DNA from: Polyangiaceae bacterium
GTDB taxonomy: Bacteria; Myxococcota_A; Polyangia; Polyangiales; Polyangiaceae
Assembly (NCBI GenBank): GCA_044222475.1
Contig: JBGANF010000020.1
Location: 1 to 64,000 of the forward strand
Length of the DNA stretch: 64,000 nucleotides
Direction: 5' to 3'
Shown: positions 57,724 through 64,000 of the stretch, one piece after another
Layout: each line of letters begins with the position of its first letter
Position numbering within the stretch: position 1 is the first letter of the stretch
Notes under the pieces: model-generated
Seen by the model: only the letters and a program-made list of their open reading frames with translations
Databases searched by the model: none
Told to the model about the DNA's origin: nothing
Translations under genes and position numbers: made by a program

Positions 57724-58470
57724 TCACCCTCCGCTCCACCAGAGATCGATCACCACGCGGGAGGGGCCGCGCACCAGCTCGAGGGTCGCGTGCCCCGACT
57801 TGCTGCGGAACGACCGGTCGTACACGGTCTCGATGTCGTCGCTGGGGCGATAGCCGTTGATCGAGACGAGTACGTCGCCCTCTTGGATCCCGAGGTCACG
57901 CAGCGGCGACGCGTCCGGGATGCCACCGAGACGAAGACCGGACACGAGGCACGAGCCCCCGCCGTCGCTCACCGGGACGACGCGCATCGGCATGCCCTCT
58001 CCGCGTCGAAGCTGGTCGCGGGTCCTCGTGTTGACGTCGACGAACGCGATCGTGATCGGCGCACCGGCGTCGGCCAGGGCACGGGCGCGTTGGACGAGTG
58101 TCATGTTGTCGTGCGTCTGCCCGTCGGCGAGGATCGAGAACGCGGGTTGGGCGCGTGCCGCCCCGGTGGGGAGGACGTACACCGGCGCAGGCGGCGGGGA
58201 GGCCGCCGAAGCCGACTTCGCCTTGCGCACCTTTGCGACGGCGTCTTCGAGGACCATCGGCTCGATCTCGACGCGTCCGCGGCGGTCGATCATCAGCGCC
58301 AGCGTCGCGGGCACGCTGCCGGCGAAGAGCGCCGCCAAGATGACGGCGAACAGGAACGCGGGCCGCCTCTCCGGGTTCGGCACCGCGCGTGGAAAGCTGG
58401 AGGCACACGGGACGCGGCCTTCGCAGTGGAGCGGCGAGGTGGGCTGCAAGGGGATCCGATACGGCTGCAT
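57724..58470 (-). CDS. Membrane-anchored PDZ-domain protein (GspC-like PDZ)
   Basis: One TM; GLRL...LGIQEGDVLVSING, LELVRG. Confidence 0.75.
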   Translation of the reverse strand: MQPYRIPLQPTSPLHCEGRVPCASSFPRAVPNPERRPAFLFAVILAALFAGSVPATLALMIDRRGRVEIEPMVLEDAVAKVRKAKSASAASPPPAPVYVLPTGAARAQPAFSILADGQTHDNMTLVQRARALADAGAPITIAFVDVNTRTRDQLRRGEGMPMRVVPVSDGGGSCLVSGLRLGGIPDASPLRDLGIQEGDVLVSINGYRPSDDIETVYDRSFRSKSGHATLELVRGPSRVVIDLWWSGG

Positions 58471-58616
58471 GCCCGATCCATCGCAAGCGCGATGCCAGCG
58501 CGATCCCCCGCGAATTCACGGTGGTTTCGCGACCGGTCCCCTCCGAAACGACCAGCTTGTCACGCGCCCCAGGTCCCGTGCGCCAACTTGGCAGCGCGCG
58601 GCGGAGCGCGCGGGGC

Positions 58617-60308
58617 TCAGTCCTTCTTGTGCTCGATCTCCGGCGGCACCTTGAAGAACGCGTTTCGCTCGGGGTCGTTGTAGGTCTTGTAGTCGGGCGA
58701 CCAAGGCGTGAACGTCGTTCCCGACGGGCCGTGCTTGATGGTGACCGCCATCGGACGCACGCTGCGGTAGCTCGAGTCCGCGGGGAGGTCCTCGTTGTCC
58801 ATCCCGCCGGCGGAGAACAGCGTGAAGAGCCGCGCCTGCGGGTCGTCGTAGTTCTGGTGGAAGCCTTCGTTCACCTTTTCGTGGCCGCGCATCATCGTGT
58901 GGCACCCGATGCGCTGGAGGAACGACTTGAACTGCAGCTTGCCGAAGGCGAAGCGCGCGCTCTTGTCCTGGAGGTCGGCCGGGATGACGTCCGCGCTCGA
59001 CGGGTCGCTCCACATCATCTGGAAGCGGAGGTCGGGATCGTTCAGCGTCGAGAGATCCTTCCAGCGCTCCTTCAGGAGCCGGTCGCGCGGGATCCCACCG
59101 TGCACGAAGATCATGCGATCGAAGAGGAGGATGTTCGGCATCGCCTCGAACGTCGACTGGTAGTGGCGGAACACCTCGACCGGGAGGTGCGGCTTGAGCG
59201 TGTTGATCGCCTCGGCCGGCTTCACGCCGCCGTACATGTTGCCCTTGAACTCGATGTAGTACTCGTGGTTCCCGCGGAGCACGTACACGAACTCGGGCGC
59301 GGTCGCGAAGAGCTGGAGCACGACGCGCAGCACGCCGTTCAGCGAGAACAGACCGCGATCGATGTAGTCGCCGAGGAGCACGAGCCGAGGCTCGGGGTTG
59401 TTCTTCGGGTCGCGACGGAACGCGTCGACCTTGTCGAAGAACTTCGACTGCATGAGCGTCGCCTTGAGCACGCTGTAGCAGCCGTGGATGTCGCCGAGGA
59501 CGGTGAGCTCGTACTCCTTCGTCGGGTCGGTCGGGACGACGTGAACGTGGCCATCGAGGAATTCGGGCTGGCCCGCGAACTCGGCGACGGTCTTGTGGCC
59601 GGCGAGCTTTCCGTTCCCGACGGCTCGCTTCTCGTCCCAAATGCGTACGACGCGGTCGAGGAGCTGGCGGTCGCCGGAGATCTGCGCCGAGATCCGATCG
59701 GGGTCCGCCGAGTAGTGGAACTCGGTGGGGACGAAAAACGGGTGGTTCTCCGACGTGCGCGGGACGGACGCGACCGACGCGACCTGGACGCCGGGGCCGT
59801 CGTCGTCGATCTCTTCGAGGATGACGCCGTGCTCGCCATCGAGCAGCGCCGCGAGCTCGGCGCGGAACTGCGCTTCGGCGGGGTGGACCTCGCCGTCGGC
59901 CATGATGAGCTCGTCGATGGTCGCCATGAGCTGCTCTTGCCCCGGGCGATCGAAGCTCTCGAAGATCTCGAAGCAGCGCACCTTGAGCTTCGAGTGGACG
60001 AAGTCGTTCTGATCTTCGTTCTGGGCGATCGCCTCGGTGAAGAGATCCTTCACGCCGCTGTCGATGCCCTCGAAGACCTCGAGGAAGTGGGTCGTGAACT
60101 TCTTCACGACCTCGTTCTTGAGGTTCGCGTCGGCGTTCTTCATCGCCTGGTCGGCGCGTCCGCTCACGAGCTTTCCGATGTAGTCGCGGACGAACGTCTT
60201 CTCTTTCGCGTCGAAGTCGCCATCGATGTACCCGAACGTCGTCAGGTAGAAGATGATCGCGTGCATCTGCTGCTCGGCGAGGTCGGGATCGTCGCTGAAG
60301 GTCATCAT
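58617..60308 (-). CDS. TerB-like domain + PPP-family Ser/Thr phosphatase
   Basis: GDIHG, GDYIDRG, RGNHE, HGG, WSDP, RGHE, TLFSA; N-terminal IDGDFDAKE and ADGEVHPAE. Confidence 0.88.
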   Translation of the reverse strand: MMTFSDDPDLAEQQMHAIIFYLTTFGYIDGDFDAKEKTFVRDYIGKLVSGRADQAMKNADANLKNEVVKKFTTHFLEVFEGIDSGVKDLFTEAIAQNEDQNDFVHSKLKVRCFEIFESFDRPGQEQLMATIDELIMADGEVHPAEAQFRAELAALLDGEHGVILEEIDDDGPGVQVASVASVPRTSENHPFFVPTEFHYSADPDRISAQISGDRQLLDRVVRIWDEKRAVGNGKLAGHKTVAEFAGQPEFLDGHVHVVPTDPTKEYELTVLGDIHGCYSVLKATLMQSKFFDKVDAFRRDPKNNPEPRLVLLGDYIDRGLFSLNGVLRVVLQLFATAPEFVYVLRGNHEYYIEFKGNMYGGVKPAEAINTLKPHLPVEVFRHYQSTFEAMPNILLFDRMIFVHGGIPRDRLLKERWKDLSTLNDPDLRFQMMWSDPSSADVIPADLQDKSARFAFGKLQFKSFLQRIGCHTMMRGHEKVNEGFHQNYDDPQARLFTLFSAGGMDNEDLPADSSYRSVRPMAVTIKHGPSGTTFTPWSPDYKTYNDPERNAFFKVPPEIEHKKD

Positions 60309-60336
60309 GGGGCTTCTCGTCACCTCGATTGGGGGA

Positions 60337-61740
60337 TCACCGATTGCGGTTGATCGTGCGTCCGGGAGGGGGAGTCGTGGCGGTCGGCAATGCGGGAGCC
60401 GTGGTGCCTTGGGTGGCGCTCGGGGTCGTCGTTGCAGCGGGCGCGGTCGACGTCGCGGGGGGCGGCGCCGAGGTGGCGCTCGGCGCGATCGTGGGTGCAG
60501 GCTGCGCGTTCCCGTTGCCGATCGACACCATGATGGCGGTCGTCACCGCGGCTCCGACGATCACGAGGAGCAGACCGATGATGACGAGCGTCTTCGTCGA
60601 CGGTCCGCTGTCTTCTTCTTCGTCGGGGCGGGCGACGGCCCGTCGTTCGCTCGCCTCGGCGGGGGGCGGTGTGAGGCTGTGCGCTACGCCCGCCTCCGGG
60701 ATCTTGGGGAGCCCTTCGACCCGAAAGCCGCCGCCGGTGATGCTCTTGCTGACGCTCGCGCGCTGCGCCGTCATCTGCTCCTCGATCACCGAAGCGATGC
60801 GCGCGCGCTCGGTGGTGAACGCTTGCGAGATCATCGCACCGAAATCGCGCGCCGTCGGGCGCGTCGGGAGGGTGTCGAGGTAGGCGTCGAGATCGGCCTT
60901 CATCTCGGCCGCGGTCGAGTAGCGCGCGTCGGGATCGGCCGCGAGCGCGCGAGAGCACACGTAGACGAGCTCGCGAGGGACGTCGACGCCCTCCTCGTCG
61001 ACCTTGGGGATGGTGCCGATCGAGAGGTGGTGGATGATCGCCGCGTCGGGCATCCCCTTCCACATGCGGCGACCGCTGATCGCCTCCCACAACATCACAC
61101 CGGCCGAGAACAGGTCGGCCCGTCGGTCGACCTTCTTCGCGAAGGCCTGCTCGGGGGCCATGTAGGAGATCTTGCCTTTGATGACGCCGGTCTTCGTGTG
61201 GGACGACGAGTCGGCGGCTTTCGCGATCCCGAAGTCGACGAGCTTCACCTCGCCCCCGTACGTCACGAAGACGTTGTGGGGGCTCACGTCTCGGTGGACG
61301 AGCATCAGCGGTTTGCCGTCGTAGTCGGTGAGCTCGTGCGCGTAGTGGAGGCCGTTCAACATGTCGACGATCACGCGGATCTGGTGATCGCGAGTGAGCG
61401 AGCCGAGCTTGGAGAGGCGCGTCCGAATGGCGCTGAAGGCTTGGCCTTCCAGGTACTCCATGACGAGGAAGAACCGGTCGGCGTCCTCGACGACCTCGTA
61501 CGTCTGGACGATGTTGGGGTGGTTGAGCCGCGCGGCGATGCGGGCCTCGTCCACGAACATGCCGGTGAAGTCGAGATCGCCCGCGAGCTCCTCTTTGAGC
61601 TCCTTGACCACGACGAGCTTGAGGAACCCGCGGGGTCCCTGAGACGCCGCCAAATACACGACCGCCATGCCCCCTCGGCCGAGCTCGGCGATGGGCCGAT
61701 ACTTGCCGAGGGCCTTGTCCTGGCTGGCGACGGCAGTCAT
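60337..61740 (-). CDS. Membrane Ser/Thr protein kinase
   Basis: GRGGMA, HRDVSPHN, DFG, GKISYMAPE, TM and Pro/Thr tail. Confidence 0.95.
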   Translation of the reverse strand: MTAVASQDKALGKYRPIAELGRGGMAVVYLAASQGPRGFLKLVVVKELKEELAGDLDFTGMFVDEARIAARLNHPNIVQTYEVVEDADRFFLVMEYLEGQAFSAIRTRLSKLGSLTRDHQIRVIVDMLNGLHYAHELTDYDGKPLMLVHRDVSPHNVFVTYGGEVKLVDFGIAKAADSSSHTKTGVIKGKISYMAPEQAFAKKVDRRADLFSAGVMLWEAISGRRMWKGMPDAAIIHHLSIGTIPKVDEEGVDVPRELVYVCSRALAADPDARYSTAAEMKADLDAYLDTLPTRPTARDFGAMISQAFTTERARIASVIEEQMTAQRASVSKSITGGGFRVEGLPKIPEAGVAHSLTPPPAEASERRAVARPDEEEDSGPSTKTLVIIGLLLVIVGAAVTTAIMVSIGNGNAQPAPTIAPSATSAPPPATSTAPAATTTPSATQGTTAPALPTATTPPPGRTINRNR

Positions 61741-62687
61741 CCTTGGCCCGTAGGATACGAAAGTTCCTCGCGTTGCGCACCCCTGACGACGGCGTGCCCC
61801 GTGACCGCCACCAGGATCACCGCGCCGCCGGCGATCGCGTAGGGCGTCGGCCGCTCGCCGTTACCGAGAAACACCCAAAGGGGGCTCACGATCGGCTCGA
61901 TCGTGGTCAATAACGTCGATCGGAGCGCGGACATCTTTCCCACCGCGGAGCCGTAGACCCAGTAGGCGGCGCCGATCTGAATGGTGCCGAGCGCGACGAC
62001 GATCGCCCACGAGGTACCGCTCGGCGGGCCGCTCGCCATCGATGGCGCACACGCCCCCACCGCGATGACGTTGCCGAGCGCCATCGCCACGTAGGGGCTC
62101 GCCGCCGCGCCTCTCCAGGCCGTGCCCTGCGCGCGTTGCTCCATCCGTAGGAACAACGGAACGCCGGCGGCGCCGAAGCTCGACAGGACCGCGACGAGGT
62201 TCCCGGCGCGTCCGCTCGCCGACACCTTGTCGAGGAAGAAGACCACCATGCCGACTAGAACCCCGAGGGTCGCCAGGACGTCGATCGGCCGGATGCGCTC
62301 TCGGAGGAGAGGCCACGAGAGCAGGGCGACGTAGATGGGGCAGGTGTACTGGAGCAGGATCGCGTTCGCTGCCGTCGTCAGCTTCGCCGACGCGACGAAG
62401 CTCGTGACCATCACCGCGTAGGAGAGCGCCGCACCCCACACGAGGGGCCGCCGAAGGAACGACGTGACATCGAGGCGCTGGCGGCGCGCTTCGACGATCG
62501 CGCCGAGCGCGAGGATGGGCGCGGCGAAGAGGCTGCGGTAGCCAGCGAGGCTGAGCGCCGACACCGAAGCGTCGACGCTCTTGACCCCGAGCCCGCCCGA
62601 GCTCCAGAGCAGGGCCGCGAGGACGACCATCGCGCTCGCTCTGGCCGAGGGGACGAGCCGAGGAGCCGTTCGTTCATGGGCGGGCAT
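61737..62687 (-). CDS. DMT/EamA transporter
   Basis: LLWSSGG, ANAILLQYT, IEPI; about 10 TM; start uncertain. Confidence 0.9.
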   Translation of the reverse strand: MPAHERTAPRLVPSARASAMVVLAALLWSSGGLGVKSVDASVSALSLAGYRSLFAAPILALGAIVEARRQRLDVTSFLRRPLVWGAALSYAVMVTSFVASAKLTTAANAILLQYTCPIYVALLSWPLLRERIRPIDVLATLGVLVGMVVFFLDKVSASGRAGNLVAVLSSFGAAGVPLFLRMEQRAQGTAWRGAAASPYVAMALGNVIAVGACAPSMASGPPSGTSWAIVVALGTIQIGAAYWVYGSAVGKMSALRSTLLTTIEPIVSPLWVFLGNGERPTPYAIAGGAVILVAVTGHAVVRGAQREELSYPTGQG

Positions 62688-62752
62688 GGTCCAGGCCGCG
62701 GCTTATAGCACCCGCCCCGCGAATCGCTGCGTTCGTGCTATGGAAGGCGACG

Positions 62753-63139
62753 ATGGATCGCCGCGCCCTCGCCACGGTTGTGCTGGTTTCTGCCCTGTTC
62801 GTGCCGGGAGCGGCGAGAGCCGCCGACGGTGGCGCCGACGCCGACGTGGACGGAGCCACGGACGCTTCGTCCGACGCGAGCGGCAACTCCGACGGATCGA
62901 CCGACGCGTCGACCGCCGATGCGTCGAAGGACGCAGGGATCGATGCCCCGGTGACGAGCGACGGCGGACCGATCACGTTTCGGCCGGACGCCGACGCAGT
63001 GGACGATGCAGGTACACCGGTGAACCCGCCCGCGGACGACGGCGGCTGCAACGCGGCCGGTGGCGCGGCGGGCCTCGCGACGGGTTGGCCGCTCGTGCTC
63101 GCCCTCGCCGCGCTCTTCCGCCGCCGCCGTCGCGCGTGA
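62753..63139 (+). CDS. Small low-complexity MYXO-CTERM-type surface protein
   Basis: Signal peptide, Asp/Ala/Ser-rich body, DGGC + TM + RRRRR. Confidence 0.8.
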   Translation: MDRRALATVVLVSALFVPGAARAADGGADADVDGATDASSDASGNSDGSTDASTADASKDAGIDAPVTSDGGPITFRPDADAVDDAGTPVNPPADDGGCNAAGGAAGLATGWPLVLALAALFRRRRRA

Positions 63140-63143
63140 GCCC

Positions 63144-63785
63144 GTGCGTCGTACCGAGCGCCTCTTCGCGATCGCCGAGTTCCTCCGCGCGCGTCGCACC
63201 GGAACCACGGCGCAAGCCATCGCCGATCGCTTCGGGGTGACGCTTCGAACTGCATACCGCGACCTCGACAGCCTGCGCGCGGCCGAGATGCCGATCTCGG
63301 CCGACCGGGGCCGCGGTGGCGGCTACGCCCTCGACCGCAGCTACTCGCTGCCGCCGGTGAACTTCAACGCGCGAGAGGCGGCGGTGCTGATCACCGGGCT
63401 CCGCTTCCTCGGCGAGATGCGCGTGATCCCTTTCACCGAGTCGCTCGATCGGGTCCTCGACAAGGTTCGCGCCGCGCTCTCGACGTCGGCGCAGCGCGAG
63501 CTCGCGGCGAGGCTGTCGAGCCTCTCGTTCCTCGGCGTTCCGGCCAAAGCCGCGACGCCTCGCGTGCGTGCTGCGCTCGAGCAAGCCTGGTTCGAGGGGC
63601 GCCCCCTCCGCATCACCTACGCCAGCAACGAGGTCGGCGTGAAGCCGACGGTGCGCACCGTGCGCGTGCGGCAGATCGTGATGGATCGCTCCGAGACGCT
63701 CCTCAACTGCAGCCAAGACGGAGAAGGTGGCGAGGTCTCGCGCCAGTTCCGCTTGCATCGCATCCTCGACGCGAGCGTGGTGTAG
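63144..63785 (+). CDS. HTH + WYL-type transcriptional regulator (YafY-like)
   Basis: RRTERL, FGVTLRTAYRDL, GRGGGY, LRITY, RQFRLHRI. Confidence 0.88.
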   Translation: MRRTERLFAIAEFLRARRTGTTAQAIADRFGVTLRTAYRDLDSLRAAEMPISADRGRGGGYALDRSYSLPPVNFNAREAAVLITGLRFLGEMRVIPFTESLDRVLDKVRAALSTSAQRELAARLSSLSFLGVPAKAATPRVRAALEQAWFEGRPLRITYASNEVGVKPTVRTVRVRQIVMDRSETLLNCSQDGEGGEVSRQFRLHRILDASVV

Positions 63786-63786
63786 C

Positions 63787-64000
63787 GTGCGCGCGCTCGT
63801 CGCCATCGCCATCGTCGTGGCTTCGACGGCCGCCGCGCGCGCGGCGAGCGCGTGTGGCGTCGGCGGTGTCGGCGGCGCGGGCGTGTGCGACGCGTCGGAG
63901 GCGATCGACGCGAAGACCGACGCCGCTGCCCGCAGCCGCGATCGCTTCGGCTTCGCCTACGGTCTCACACAGAGCGCGCTCTTCTTCGGGGAAGGGCGGC
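63787..64000 (+). CDS. Secreted protein, partial
   Basis: GTG, signal-like RALVAIAIVVASTAAARAASA-C; open to window end. Confidence 0.6.
   Translation, partial: MRALVAIAIVVASTAAARAASACGVGGVGGAGVCDASEAIDAKTDAAARSRDRFGFAYGLTQSALFFGEGR

Noticed and set aside
63144..63785. WYL gene as regulator of the Y RNA locus
   Set aside because: About 43 kb away with no linking evidence

Overview
High-GC, gene-dense window that reads like a myxobacterium (Myxococcota, probably Polyangiaceae-like). This is inferred from a MYXO-CTERM-type sorting signal, many Asp/Ala/Gly-rich lipoproteins and three Hanks-type kinases. It holds about 50 CDS and no rRNA, true tRNA, CRISPR array or transposase. Housekeeping genes include rsmE, xfp, ackA, pip, FKBP, an aldo/keto reductase, an MFS transporter, EamA and an M28 peptidase. 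The standout locus is 13.5-20.8 kb. Two tandem structured ncRNAs sit there, one with a circularly permuted tRNA-like domain (the bacterial Y RNA/YrlA layout). They precede a helical+vWA protein with Ro60/TROVE-like architecture, which is coupled to a protein ending in an E2-like 'GICL...LTL' motif. After three apparently unrelated genes come a JAB peptidase, a 75-aa ubiquitin-like protein ending in Gly and a minimal E1/ThiF. Together these suggest a Y RNA/Ro-linked ubiquitin-like conjugation system. Also seen: a 4-copy DUF4139 tandem array, several inverted-repeat elements (one bracketing two cargo genes, one holding a four-helix-bundle remnant), a HEPN-like/kinase/WD40 protein, a TerB-PPP phosphatase fusion beside a kinase, and many apparently leaderless genes. 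All family calls come from motif recognition by eye; no searches were run.
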